Shown piece after piece: positions 47,152 through 56,657 of a DNA stretch of 64,000 nucleotides. The stretch lies in assembly GCA_024637305.1 (NCBI GenBank), contig JAGXFI010000065.1, positions 14,195-78,194 on the forward strand, read 5' to 3'. Source of the stretch: Sulfitobacter sp. GTDB taxonomy: Bacteria; Pseudomonadota; Alphaproteobacteria; Rhodobacterales; Rhodobacteraceae. Position 1 is the stretch's first letter. The number at the start of each line of letters is the position of its first letter. A program made the position numbers and the translations under genes. The notes under the pieces are model-generated. The model searched no databases, was not told where the DNA came from, and saw nothing but the letters and a program-made list of their open reading frames with translations.

Positions 47152-48324
47152 TCAAAACAGATCGGCAGGATCGGCCGCCGCAAGACGCCTTGTGGCAATG
47201 ACGCCGGACAGAACCGAAAAGAGCACCGTTCCCAGAAACACCGTCACCGCCATGCCGGTCGTCATGGCCAGCGGCAAGCTCGTGGCCTTGCCCATCAGCG
47301 TCAGAATAGCGGTGCCCACCGCCAGCCCCGGCAGAAAGCCGAGGATGCCAAGCACCAGCGCCTCTTCGACGACAATGCCGAGGAAAAACCCTGGGCCATA
47401 GCCCATCGCCTTGAAGGTCGCGTATTCACGCAGATGGTCGGCCACGTCGGCTGACAGCACCTGATAGACGATAACCAGCCCGACCAGCACGCCGATCAGC
47501 ACACCAAAGCCAAAGATGATGCCGGTGGGTCGCTTGGTCTGCTGATGGCGCAGGTCTTCCTGCGCGGCGTCGCCGTAGCTGCGGATACGCAGAGTGGTGT
47601 CCGATATCAGGCCGCGCAACCGGTCAACAACCGCCGCCACATCAGCACCGGGGCGCAGGCGCAGCAGGATATGATCCGGTGCAGATGAACTGCGGGATGT
47701 GAACAGCGACAGGAAGGTCTGATCGGAGACGAACATATACCCGTCCCCGCCAAACCCGCCGCCCCCCGCAAAGGTGGTCAGCGCCGTGAGCGTCCGGGTT
47801 TGCGTTTCGAAAGACAGCGGAGTTTGCGGACGGATCGCGGCAGCCTCATCCTTTGAAATGCCCCGCGCCAGACGGTCGAGGATCGCCACATCCTGCACCT
47901 GCAACAGCCCGATGTCGCCGGCGATCTGCGGTGCGATGAAGCCGGGCTGGCCCGGATCGACGCCAAAGGTGGTCAGGCTGATGTCCGTGTCGCCCCGGTT
48001 CAGCGGCGCGTTGGCGATGAACAGCCCCGTTCCTGCGATGACGTCCGGATCGGCAAAGGCCTGCAACATCCACTGTCGCGCGACATTGCCGCCCTCGGCC
48101 AGCGCATTCGCATCTGCCGCCGAGATCATGATGTCCGCATTGAAAAACGTGTAAGGGCGCAGCGTTGCCGTCGCCATCGAGTTCATGATGCCGAGCTGGA
48201 CAAATACCAGCACATTGGCGAAGGCCACGCCCGACAGCGCCGCGAAAAACCGCCCCCGCTTGTGCGTCAGCTGCAACCAGCCGATCGGCAGTCGACCGAA
48301 CAGCCATTGCAAAAGGCGGTTCAT
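47152..48324 (-). CDS. ABC exporter permease, DevC family (FtsX-like)
   Basis: N-terminus LPIGWLQLTHKRGRFFAALSGVAFANVLVFVQLGI (DevC-type), with a C-terminal FtsX-like four-TM domain. Start overlaps the DevB stop (ATGA). Confidence 0.85.
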   Translation of the reverse strand: MNRLLQWLFGRLPIGWLQLTHKRGRFFAALSGVAFANVLVFVQLGIMNSMATATLRPYTFFNADIMISAADANALAEGGNVARQWMLQAFADPDVIAGTGLFIANAPLNRGDTDISLTTFGVDPGQPGFIAPQIAGDIGLLQVQDVAILDRLARGISKDEAAAIRPQTPLSFETQTRTLTALTTFAGGGGFGGDGYMFVSDQTFLSLFTSRSSSAPDHILLRLRPGADVAAVVDRLRGLISDTTLRIRSYGDAAQEDLRHQQTKRPTGIIFGFGVLIGVLVGLVIVYQVLSADVADHLREYATFKAMGYGPGFFLGIVVEEALVLGILGFLPGLAVGTAILTLMGKATSLPLAMTTGMAVTVFLGTVLFSVLSGVIATRRLAAADPADLF

Positions 48325-49544
48325 TGCACGGCCCGCGCCACGGCACCGGTATCTATACGCGCCACGGCCTCAAGCCCGACATAGCGCGCCGCAAGCATCG
48401 AAGATCCCGCATCAAGCGCGACCAGGATCCGGATCACCCGTGCGTCGGAATTTGCCGCCGCGTCGTCCGAGATCAGGCCCTGTCGTCCCACAGTCAGCCC
48501 GATGCTTTCCACCGCACCGCGCAAGGACTGGCCAAGCGCGGGTGCGGCCAGCTCGACCGGCTGGCCCACGGCCACGGCGGCAACCCTGTCCTGCCAGACT
48601 TCGACCTCGGCCATCATCGCGGTGGTGTCGCCCATCTCCATGATGCCCTGGGCGGGTGGGCGTTGCCCCGGCGTGGCGTGGATGTCGAGGATCGTGCCGT
48701 TTATGGGCGCGCGCACCTCAGCGCGGGCCATGTCCATCTGCGCGCGCTTCAGCTCTGCCTCGGCGGCGCTTACATTGCGCGCGGCGACGACGACATCGGG
48801 CTGATCGTCCAGTCCGCCGGTAAACCGTTCCAGTGTCGCCTCGGCGCGCTGCACGGCAAGGGCTGCTTCTTCGGCGGCTGTGCGGGCGGCATCCAGGGTG
48901 GCGGTGGTGGACACCCCGCGGTCTGTCAGGCCTTCTGTCCGGGCCAGCTTGCTTGCCGCTTCGCGCGCAGCGGCGCGGCTTGTGTCCAGCGTCGCCTGCG
49001 CCTCGGCCCGGCTGGCGGCGATTGCACTGCGGGTCTGGGCCAGTGTCGCCTGCCGCACGGCCAGATTGGCCTCGGCCGTCAGCACCGCGCCTTCCAGCGC
49101 CTCGCGGTTGTCGAGGCGTGCGACCGGAGTGCTGCGGGTCACGGTGTCACCAACCGAAACGAGGATCTCGGCCACGCGCGCGTCACCCGCACCATAGGGG
49201 GCGGCCACAATGGCCACGTCGCCGCGCGGCATCAGCCGCGCAAGCCCCACGACATCGGTCGGCAGCAGTGTCTCGGCCATATCTTGCGGCAGCTCAATTT
49301 CCGGGGGCAGCGCGATCGGGCTACCCGATCCGCCACCGGGTTGAAGGCCTGTAAGTGCGTAAAACTTCTGAAGCGCGGGCGGCTGAAAAGACATGCCGAT
49401 GACCCCGCCGGAAAACATCAACACAGGAATCAGCAGGACAAACAGATACCGTTTGCGAAACCAGCCTCGGTGCTGTGCGGTATCGGCAGTATCTGGGTCG
49501 CGGCCCAGATCGAGTGGCAGATCGGGGGCATCCTTGGCGGTCAT
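48321..49544 (-). CDS. membrane-fusion (HlyD-type) adaptor, DevB family
   Basis: Start trimmed to MTAKDAPDL (GGAAGGA RBS). One TM segment, a long Ala-rich coiled coil, then beta-barrel blocks (VRAPINGTILDI). Confidence 0.85.
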   Translation of the reverse strand: MTAKDAPDLPLDLGRDPDTADTAQHRGWFRKRYLFVLLIPVLMFSGGVIGMSFQPPALQKFYALTGLQPGGGSGSPIALPPEIELPQDMAETLLPTDVVGLARLMPRGDVAIVAAPYGAGDARVAEILVSVGDTVTRSTPVARLDNREALEGAVLTAEANLAVRQATLAQTRSAIAASRAEAQATLDTSRAAAREAASKLARTEGLTDRGVSTTATLDAARTAAEEAALAVQRAEATLERFTGGLDDQPDVVVAARNVSAAEAELKRAQMDMARAEVRAPINGTILDIHATPGQRPPAQGIMEMGDTTAMMAEVEVWQDRVAAVAVGQPVELAAPALGQSLRGAVESIGLTVGRQGLISDDAAANSDARVIRILVALDAGSSMLAARYVGLEAVARIDTGAVARAVQ

Positions 49545-49765
49545 CACGGTCGTCCTTCCGGGCAATGAGAGATGGCGACAGATTCCATCGTCTTGCGTGA
49601 TCATATTGCGAAATCAGCAAGTGTAATACCGCCATCGTCTTTCTTGTCCAGATAGGCAAACCAGCCAACGGTACCCGCGAGAAATTCTTCGCGCGATACG
49701 CAGTCCGGCAGCCGCGGCACCCGGATCAAAACGACCCGGACGACCGCACCCTCACTCTGTGCTGG

Positions 49766-50362
49766 TCACGCCGATTGCATGAGCACCGCTTTGCCGGACC
49801 AGACGGCATCGTCCACCGCGCTTGCCAGAACGGCGGCAACGTCACCCCGTGCGGCCTTAGCGCTGACGTTCACGGAATCTCCGAAACGCATGTCCCGCGT
49901 GCCGTCTTCGTCCGTCAAGGCAACCGGGCGGAGGATGGCATAGCTCAGTCCCGAGGCTTTCAGGTGCTCGTCGGCATCATGCTTTGCCTGAAGATAGTGA
50001 GCCATTTCGCCAGCGGAGTCCGGGTTGTCCGCTCCGACACTGCTGAGCATCACGAACCGCGAGACGCCCGCCTGCGCGGCAATGTCTATCAGGCGAATAG
50101 CGCCGTCGCGGTCCACCTTGTCGGTCATCTCAGGACCGGTCGAACCGCCGGAACCAGCGGCAAAAATCACGGCCTCGCAATCATCGCATACATCGTCTTG
50201 CAGATCCGTGAGGTCACCGTGGCGCAAAGCGACATCCTCCGGCAGGCCTGTCGTATCAGAAGATTCGCGGACCAGGGCAATCGGGTCATGGCCGTTGTTT
50301 TTCAATTCATTGATCAGGCGGATGCCTGTTTTGCCGGTCGCTCCGGCAACGAGTATATTCAT
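49766..50362 (-). CDS. NAD(P)H-binding SDR/NmrA-like oxidoreductase
   Basis: Start trimmed to MNILVAGATGKTGIRLI (Rossmann GxxGxxG, GGAGAA RBS). 198 aa. Confidence 0.85.
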   Translation of the reverse strand: MNILVAGATGKTGIRLINELKNNGHDPIALVRESSDTTGLPEDVALRHGDLTDLQDDVCDDCEAVIFAAGSGGSTGPEMTDKVDRDGAIRLIDIAAQAGVSRFVMLSSVGADNPDSAGEMAHYLQAKHDADEHLKASGLSYAILRPVALTDEDGTRDMRFGDSVNVSAKAARGDVAAVLASAVDDAVWSGKAVLMQSA

Positions 50363-50766
50363 CGGGTTCTCCAATTCAATTTGCTTTGTGCAAGCTTCGA
50401 CCGTGGCGGGAGCGCCGAAAACTTTGCTTTTCAGAAGGCCAACACCTGCGGCGGTGGCAAGTTCCAAGTCATCAGGCATGCCGCACGACCATGCCCAATC
50501 CTGCGGCACAGCTTTACCTCATTGCTGCCCCTCTCCTGGCAGGTTCTTGCGATAAGACATTTTTGCGGTAACGCATTTGGATTGGTGCCAGAGCAATGGA
50601 ACAGCAAGACAAGGAAACTGCCGAAGACACAGCAGAGGAAACCGGAGAGCCTCTTGCTTCTGCCGCAATGCAAGGCGAAGAAGCCGGACAGGATCCGCCT
50701 GTCATTAAAGATTACGCCAGCCTCTGACTCGTGACATGCGGATATGTGCTTGGTAGACTGAACCCT

Positions 50767-51093
50767 ATGAGCACCCCGATCAGCAGTATCCGCAATCTCG
50801 GCCCGGCGATGGAGCAAAGCCTGAACGCGGCCGGCATCCGGTCTGCCGAAGAGGTGCACGCGATGGGGGCCGATGCGGCCTATGCCAGACTGCTTGAGAA
50901 TGGCGCGCGGCCACATTTCATTGCCTATTACGTTCTGGTCATGGGGCTTCAGGGTCGTCCCTGGAATGATTGCAAGGGCGATGAGAAGACGGCGTTGCGC
51001 AGGCGTTTCGACGCGCTGAAGGCCCAAAGCTTTGACGAAGACCGGTCGCAGTTCGAACGTATGATGGACCAGATCGGCATTCGTACGCCCTGA
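50767..51093 (+). CDS. TfoX/Sxy C-terminal-domain protein
   Basis: 108 aa with IRNLGPAMEQSLNAAGIRSAEEVHAMGADAAYARL, a helix-hairpin-helix TfoX_C pattern. No TfoX N-terminal domain is present. Confidence 0.8.
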   Translation: MSTPISSIRNLGPAMEQSLNAAGIRSAEEVHAMGADAAYARLLENGARPHFIAYYVLVMGLQGRPWNDCKGDEKTALRRRFDALKAQSFDEDRSQFERMMDQIGIRTP

Positions 51094-51113
51094 ACGCAAG
51101 AAGGCGACCCAGC

Positions 51114-51140
51114 GGGCCAGCCCCTTACGGCAAATGTTGA
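51114..51140. repeat. left 27-bp inverted repeat arm GGGCCAGCCCCTTACGGCAAATGTTGA
   Basis: Exact reverse complement of 52435-52461, checked base by base. Confidence 0.9.
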
Positions 51141-51172
51141 TAGCTCACCAAGGTTGTTGGTGAGCTATTTTT
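51141..51172 (+). terminator. rho-independent terminator-like hairpin
   Basis: TAGCTCACCAA-GGTTG-TTGGTGAGCTA (perfect 11-bp stem) followed by TTTTT. Lies 48 nt after the tfoX-like stop, immediately inside the left IR. Confidence 0.6.
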
Positions 51173-51794
51173 CGTAGTGAAGGTGTCTGGTGATTGTTTT
51201 TTGTCGGGGCCGTGCGCATTCCTATTTCCGCTCTATGACATTTTCATTTCTCATCGTTTCCAAGATTGTACGCCGCGCTTCTCAAGCCGCTCTGCTGGCT
51301 TGGGCTATCGTGTGCGTACTTATGCTTGTAGATGCGAGCAGCGCTCCCTCTGGGACATTCTGTATCAACAAGCATGGAGAAGAGCTTACAGTCTGCCTGA
51401 ATGGAGCGTTTCGAGATGAGACGAACATCAATTCCCTTCACGCCGAGCTCCTCCGACATGGTTACAAGATACACGCCCTGTGGCGGAGGCGATCCAATAT
51501 TGGAAACCGCAATATTATTGGCTTGCACCGCCAACAGGCCATTTCATGTATCAATCTGCTGATTCTATTTCGGCCTCGGTGGGGAGTGGATGGGCTACAG
51601 GCGATAAGTTCAAGGACGGTCCTTTGATTGCGCCGCGCTGACGCAGACCGTGGTCTACGGTGCCGATCTACATGAAGTCCCGTTCATACACCCGCCCGCG
51701 CGCAAGGCCGATCCGGATCGCGGGCGTCTTCTTGTCTTCGCCAGCATCTCGGGTTTGTAGAGATATTGCTTGTCCCAGGTATGACCGGTGTTCC

Positions 51795-52352
51795 CTATCG
51801 AAATCTGATCTTTGCCAGCGAAACATCGGTGCACAACATCTGGAAGATGATCCGATTTTTGTCGCTGCGCAGGTGTCGTCTGGCAGGTTTGCCGATCGAG
51901 AAGGTCTTGGAGCAAAGGCGGCACTGGAAGTGAGGATCCCCCTTTGCCGTATTCCCGAAGCGACGGTAGAACTCCGGGCTGGTCTTCGGGGCCATACCAT
52001 GAGCGAAGCAACCTTCTGTCCGACAGGATGGCACTGTCGGATCAAACTCTTGCAAATGCTTGAGACGTTTGTACTCTTCGACTATCGCGCGATTATTCTT
52101 GATCCGTGAGGTCTTGTTGCAGGTCGGGCATTTAAAGAATTCTTCGTGCTTCTTACCCGAAACAAAACCGTGCAAGGCGTCCGGTGGCGCAGGTGGCGCA
52201 TCTGTCGGCCGCTTGTATGGGTCTGGAAAAACGCCGTAGGTCGCGCATTGCGGGTTGCGGCAGAAGTTCAGATCGACGCCCTCAAAGGCCAGTGGAAATC
52301 GCCGCTCCAGGGCGGCAATTTCTGTCGGAGATATTTTCGAGCCATCGAGCAC
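51795..52352 (-). CDS. double zinc-ribbon protein, transposase N-terminus-like (IS1/IS1595-style), probably truncated
   Basis: 185 aa with four Cys pairs (CRNPQC, CPTC, CRTEGC, CRLC). FQCRLCSKTFSIG followed by NRIIFQMLCTDVSLAKI resembles a Zn-finger plus HTH transposase N-terminus. The frame ends inside the putative HTH, and downstream frames are broken. Confidence 0.55.
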   Translation of the reverse strand: MLDGSKISPTEIAALERRFPLAFEGVDLNFCRNPQCATYGVFPDPYKRPTDAPPAPPDALHGFVSGKKHEEFFKCPTCNKTSRIKNNRAIVEEYKRLKHLQEFDPTVPSCRTEGCFAHGMAPKTSPEFYRRFGNTAKGDPHFQCRLCSKTFSIGKPARRHLRSDKNRIIFQMLCTDVSLAKIRFR

Positions 52353-52434
52353 TTGTCACCTCCATCGAAAAGTGGGTCAAGATACTGTTTTGATGGTAAT
52401 GTTGGCCACTTAGTGGCCAACAGAAGTGATTTTT

Positions 52435-52461
52435 TCAACATTTGCCGTAAGGGGCTGGCCC
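52435..52461. repeat. right 27-bp inverted repeat arm TCAACATTTGCCGTAAGGGGCTGGCCC
   Basis: Exact reverse complement of 51114-51140. A perfect 9-bp-stem hairpin (52401-52421) lies 13 nt inside it. Confidence 0.9.
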
Positions 52462-52497
52462 AGCCGGCCGCCCTTCGCATTCCCGATCGACGGTTAT

Positions 52498-52920
52498 TCA
52501 GCCAACCAGTTCAAGGCCGGAGAAGAAATAGGCGATCTCGACCGCTGCTGTTTCTGGTGCGTCCGATCCGTGGACGGAGTTTTCACCGACGGATTCGGCG
52601 AATTCCGCGCGGATCGTACCGGGTGCCGCATCGGCGGGGTTTGTCGCGCCCATGACTTCGCGGTTCTTGCTAATTGCGTTTTCGCCTTCGAGAACCTGAA
52701 CGACAACGGGCTCGGAGGCCATGAACTCGCAAAGCTCGTCATAGAAAGGACGCTCTGCGTGAACAGCATAGAAAATGCCGGCTTGCGCCTTGGTCATGTG
52801 AATCCGCTTTTGCGCGACGATGCGCAGACCTGCGTCTTCGAATTTGGCGTTGATTTTGCCGGTCAGGTTGCGGCGGGTAGCGTCTGGCTTGATGATGGAG
52901 AACGTGCGTTCGAGGGCCAT
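52498..52920 (-). CDS. ndk: nucleoside diphosphate kinase
   Basis: Start trimmed to [28 protein letters not shown]...NSVHGSD (active-site His). 140 aa. Confidence 0.95.
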   Translation of the reverse strand: MALERTFSIIKPDATRRNLTGKINAKFEDAGLRIVAQKRIHMTKAQAGIFYAVHAERPFYDELCEFMASEPVVVQVLEGENAISKNREVMGATNPADAAPGTIRAEFAESVGENSVHGSDAPETAAVEIAYFFSGLELVG

Positions 52921-53025
52921 GTGGCTTGCTCCTTTAGGGTGTTGTTTGGCGCGCTCCCTAGCATGAGGGTCTGGCCGTGAAAAGGCGCGATTGACGGCAC
53001 CGCGCCGTTGGTCCACACCGCGCGC

Positions 53026-54882
53026 ATGTTACGCATATCCCAGATCAACTATTCCGTCGAAGGCCGCCCCCTGTTCGAAGAGGCGTCCGCCGTGATCCCC
53101 GATGGCCACAAGGTCGGCCTTGTCGGCCGCAATGGCGCGGGCAAGACCACGCTTTTCCGTATCATTCGCGGAGAGCTGGGGCTGGACGGCGGTGCCATTT
53201 CGCTGCCCAGCCGCGCCAAGATCGGCGGCGTCGCCCAAGAGGTACCGTCCTCCGACGTTTCGCTGATCGACACCGTTCTGGCAGCCGATACCGAACGCGC
53301 GTCCCTGCTTGCCGAAGCCGATACAGCCACCGATCCAAACCGCATTTCCGAAATCCAGACGCGGCTGGCCGACATTGACGCATGGTCAGCAGAAGGCCGC
53401 GCCGCGTCCATCCTCAAAGGCCTCGGCTTTGAAGATGCCGAGCAAAAGATGCCCTGCTCCGCCTTTTCCGGGGGCTGGCGGATGCGCGTCGCGCTTGCGG
53501 GGGTTCTGTTTGCGCAACCCGATCTGCTGCTGCTCGATGAGCCGACCAACTATCTCGATCTCGAAGGGGCGCTTTGGCTGGAATCCTATCTGGCGAAATA
53601 TCCGCACACCGTCATCATCATCAGCCATGACCGCGGGCTGCTGAACCGTGCCGTGGGCGGGATCCTGCATCTCGAAGAACGCCAACTGACTTATTATCAG
53701 GGCTCTTATGACCAATTCGCCCGCCAGCGCGCAGAGCGCCGCGCGGTGCAGGCCGCCATGGCCAAGAAGCAGCAGGCCCGCAAGGATCACATGCAGTCCT
53801 TCGTCGACCGCTTCAAGGCCAAGGCCTCCAAGGCCAAGCAGGCGCAATCACGACTCAAGATGATCGAGAAGATGGACATGATCACCCCGCCGGAAGAAGC
53901 CGCGCGCAAGGTGTTCACCTTCCCCGAGCCGGAGGAACTGTCGCCCCCCATCATCAGCATCGAAGGCGGTGCCGTGGGCTATGGCGGCGAGCCGGTGCTC
54001 AGCAGGCTGAACCTGCGCATCGATCAGGACGACCGCATCGCGCTTTTGGGCAAGAACGGTCAGGGGAAATCGACCCTGTCCAAGCTGCTGTCGAACCGGT
54101 TGGAACTGATGGCCGGGAAATCCGTGCAATCTTCCAAGCTGCGCATAGGCTTTTTCGCCCAGCATCAGGTCGAAGAACTGCACATCAATGAAACGCCGCT
54201 CCAGCATATGATCTCTGCACGTCCTGGCGTGCTTCATTCCAAGCTGCGCGCGCAGATGGCGGGCTTCGGACTTGGGCCAGATCAGGCCGAAACCGAAGTG
54301 GGCCGCCTGTCAGGGGGCCAAAAGGCACGTCTGTCACTGCTTCTGGCCACGCTGCACGCGCCGCATCTGCTGATCCTCGACGAGCCTACGAACCACCTCG
54401 ACATCGAATCGCGCGAAGCGCTGGTAGAGGCATTGACCCGCTATTCCGGTGCCGTGATTTTGGTCAGCCATGACATGCACCTGCTCTCGATGGTCGCGGA
54501 CCGACTGTGGCTGGTATCTGACGGGACCGTCAAACCCTATGACGACGACCTCGAAGCCTACCGCAAAATGCTGCTGACGCCGGATACGGAAAAGCAACGC
54601 AAACAGCCCAAGGCGGACGCGCCAAAACCCAAGCGCGCGTCCCGCGACGATATCCTCAACCTGCGCGGCGAAGTCCGCAAGGGCGAGGCGCGGGTCGCCA
54701 AGATCAACGAAATGCGCGACAAGCTGGCCAAAAAGCTCGCCGACCCTGCCCTTTACGAAAGCGACAAGATCGGCGAACTTGAGGTCTGGAACAAGAAATA
54801 CGCCGAGGTCATGGAGGCACTGGAACGCGCCGAAGCGCTCTGGATGCAAAGTCTCGAAAAACTTGAGCGCGCCGAGGCCTGA
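53026..54882 (+). CDS. ABC-F family ATPase (Uup-like, C-terminal coiled coil)
   Basis: Two ABC cassettes (GRNGAGKTT and GKNGQGKST Walker A; LSGGWRMRV and LSGGQKARL signatures), no TM domain, and a Lys/Glu-rich C-terminal tail. Start set at [10 protein letters not shown]. Confidence 0.9.
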   Translation: MLRISQINYSVEGRPLFEEASAVIPDGHKVGLVGRNGAGKTTLFRIIRGELGLDGGAISLPSRAKIGGVAQEVPSSDVSLIDTVLAADTERASLLAEADTATDPNRISEIQTRLADIDAWSAEGRAASILKGLGFEDAEQKMPCSAFSGGWRMRVALAGVLFAQPDLLLLDEPTNYLDLEGALWLESYLAKYPHTVIIISHDRGLLNRAVGGILHLEERQLTYYQGSYDQFARQRAERRAVQAAMAKKQQARKDHMQSFVDRFKAKASKAKQAQSRLKMIEKMDMITPPEEAARKVFTFPEPEELSPPIISIEGGAVGYGGEPVLSRLNLRIDQDDRIALLGKNGQGKSTLSKLLSNRLELMAGKSVQSSKLRIGFFAQHQVEELHINETPLQHMISARPGVLHSKLRAQMAGFGLGPDQAETEVGRLSGGQKARLSLLLATLHAPHLLILDEPTNHLDIESREALVEALTRYSGAVILVSHDMHLLSMVADRLWLVSDGTVKPYDDDLEAYRKMLLTPDTEKQRKQPKADAPKPKRASRDDILNLRGEVRKGEARVAKINEMRDKLAKKLADPALYESDKIGELEVWNKKYAEVMEALERAEALWMQSLEKLERAEA

Positions 54883-54943
54883 GGGCAGATCCGTCTGGCC
54901 GAAAATTGCACGGGGGTCCGGGGTGTAAACCCTGACGAGATAC

Positions 54944-55594
54944 ATGCCGATTGATACCGCTTACATGATCACCGCCATCGTCACGATGTTCGTGGTGATT
55001 GACCCGATTGCGATTGCACCGCTGTTCATTGCGATCACGCGCGGCATGACGGCCGCGCAACGCCGCATGATCGCATGGCGTGCGGTGACCGTCGCGGCCA
55101 TCGTGCTGGCACTGTTTGCCGCCCTGGGCGAAGCGGTGTTGACCTTCATCGGCATTTCCATGCCCGCTTTCCGCGTCGCGGGTGGCCTTTTGTTATTCCT
55201 GACAGCGCTAGACATGCTTTTCGAACGCCGCACCAAACGCCGCGAAGGTCAGGCGGAGGAAGCGGAAGAAGAAGACGGAGACGACCCATCCGTGTTTCCG
55301 CTCGCCATTCCGCTTATCGCGGGACCGGGCGCTATCGCATCCGTTATCCTGCTCACCAGTGAGAAACCCGGCGGTGAAGGGCTTGTGACCGTTCTGGTGA
55401 TCACCGCGCTCGTGCTGATCGTGATGGGCCTGACGCTTCAGGCAAGTGGCTATCTCGAACGGGTGATAGGAAAAACCGCGATAAACGTGATTACCCGCCT
55501 GCTGGGGATGCTGCTGGCGGCATTGTCGGTGCAATTCGTACTCGAAGGATTGGCGGCCTTCGGGTTTGGTCCCAGCGGTTCCGGCCCTATATAG
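54944..55594 (+). CDS. MarC family (UPF0056) membrane protein
   Basis: 216 aa with N-terminus IVTMFVVIDPIAIAPLFIAIT, the typical MarC pattern. Six TM segments with a charged central loop. Confidence 0.85.
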   Translation: MPIDTAYMITAIVTMFVVIDPIAIAPLFIAITRGMTAAQRRMIAWRAVTVAAIVLALFAALGEAVLTFIGISMPAFRVAGGLLLFLTALDMLFERRTKRREGQAEEAEEEDGDDPSVFPLAIPLIAGPGAIASVILLTSEKPGGEGLVTVLVITALVLIVMGLTLQASGYLERVIGKTAINVITRLLGMLLAALSVQFVLEGLAAFGFGPSGSGPI

Positions 55595-55613
55595 GCTTCA
55601 GGAGGACCGCATA

Positions 55614-56195
55614 ATGACCGCAGATGACACCGGACGGCTGCTCTATCTTGCCCTGTTGGGGATCGGTATTGCCGGCTGGTTTTTCATTCAGGGCCGCGAA
55701 GGGATCGGCAAGACCCTTCAACATGCAATGGTCTGGGGCTTTCTGTTCGTGGGCGTGGTTGCCGCCTACGGGCTGTGGAATGACATCCAGAGGGCGGCGT
55801 CCCGTGACCAGATCAGCCAGATCGGGACCGGACAGATCGCCGTGCCACGCCAGCAGAACGGCCATTACTACCTGACGCTCATCATTAACGACGCGCCGGT
55901 GCGCTTTGTCGTCGATACCGGTGCCAGCGAAATGGTACTGACTGCAAATGACGCGCAGCGTGTCGGTCTTGATATCGACAATCTGGGGTATTTCGGCCGC
56001 GCCAATACCGCGAACGGCATGGTACGGACCGCACCGGTAGAATTGAACACAGTCACATTGGGCGACGTCACCGACACCAATGTCGCCGCCGTCGTCAACG
56101 AGGGAGAGATGCGCGAATCCCTTCTGGGCATGGGATATCTCCAGCGCTGGGGCCGGATCGAAATCGCGAACGGCGAACTGATCCTGACGCGCTAG
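55614..56195 (+). CDS. membrane-anchored retropepsin-like aspartic protease (TIGR02281-type)
   Basis: AGGAGGA RBS, two N-terminal TM segments, then FVVDTGASEMVLT (the DTG active site) and GMGYLQRW. Confidence 0.8.
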   Translation: MTADDTGRLLYLALLGIGIAGWFFIQGREGIGKTLQHAMVWGFLFVGVVAAYGLWNDIQRAASRDQISQIGTGQIAVPRQQNGHYYLTLIINDAPVRFVVDTGASEMVLTANDAQRVGLDIDNLGYFGRANTANGMVRTAPVELNTVTLGDVTDTNVAAVVNEGEMRESLLGMGYLQRWGRIEIANGELILTR

Positions 56196-56653
56196 CCGCT
56201 CTGGGCCTTTTTCTCCCAGCGCCCGCTTTCCTCTGACCAATATTGCGCGGCGACACCCGCGCCGGTCAAAGCCTTCCACTGGCCGCGCGCCTCTGACACC
56301 GCCGCATCGTCATGACCGTCGAACAGGATGCACACCCGCTCCAGCGCTCCGACCTCTTCCGGGGCGACCTGCGCTCCTTGCACGGCCATGACGCAAACCG
56401 CACCATTCACGATACCCGCATCCGTCTGCAACAGGACCGGTTGCATCGCATCGCTGGTACCGCCCTTGAGACCGTGCGGCAAAAAGCCGTCCTTCGGCCC
56501 CAGCCACAGCGCCTCGTCCAGTTGCGCCAGGGCCGTCGCGTTCGTGCCGCGCACCGCGACACGCCAGCCATTCGCCAGCGACTTTTCCAGCAATGTCCGA
56601 AGTGTGTCGGCCAGCGGACGTTGCGTCAGGTGGTAGAACAGGACCGCGCCCAC
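56192..56653 (-). CDS. holC: DNA polymerase III chi subunit
   Basis: About 153 aa (GTG start). FYHLTQRPLADTLRTLLEKSLANGWRVAVR is the typical chi N-terminus. Sits directly downstream of pepA, the conserved arrangement. Confidence 0.85.
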   Translation of the reverse strand: MGAVLFYHLTQRPLADTLRTLLEKSLANGWRVAVRGTNATALAQLDEALWLGPKDGFLPHGLKGGTSDAMQPVLLQTDAGIVNGAVCVMAVQGAQVAPEEVGALERVCILFDGHDDAAVSEARGQWKALTGAGVAAQYWSEESGRWEKKAQSG

Positions 56654-56657
56654 GCAA

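Larger units (their letters stand above)
51114..52461. mobile_element. putative decayed IS/MITE-like insertion bounded by perfect 27-bp inverted repeats
   Basis: Perfect 27-bp IRs at both ends, an AGC trinucleotide flanking each end, interior at ~50% GC against ~60-65% around it, and a zinc-ribbon transposase-like ORF inside. No intact DDE domain recognised. Confidence 0.5.

Noticed and set aside
46447-49544. Idea that the ABC/MFP genes are the type I secretion system for the RTX protein at 38877
   Set aside because: The ABC system has a separate FtsX-like permease and DevA-type ATPase, not the fused HlyB-type exporter. It is 5.5 kb away on the other side of an unrelated operon.
48324-49568. 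414-aa plus-strand ORF
   Set aside because: It is antisense to the DevB-type adaptor gene and is Gly/Arg/His-rich low-complexity sequence.
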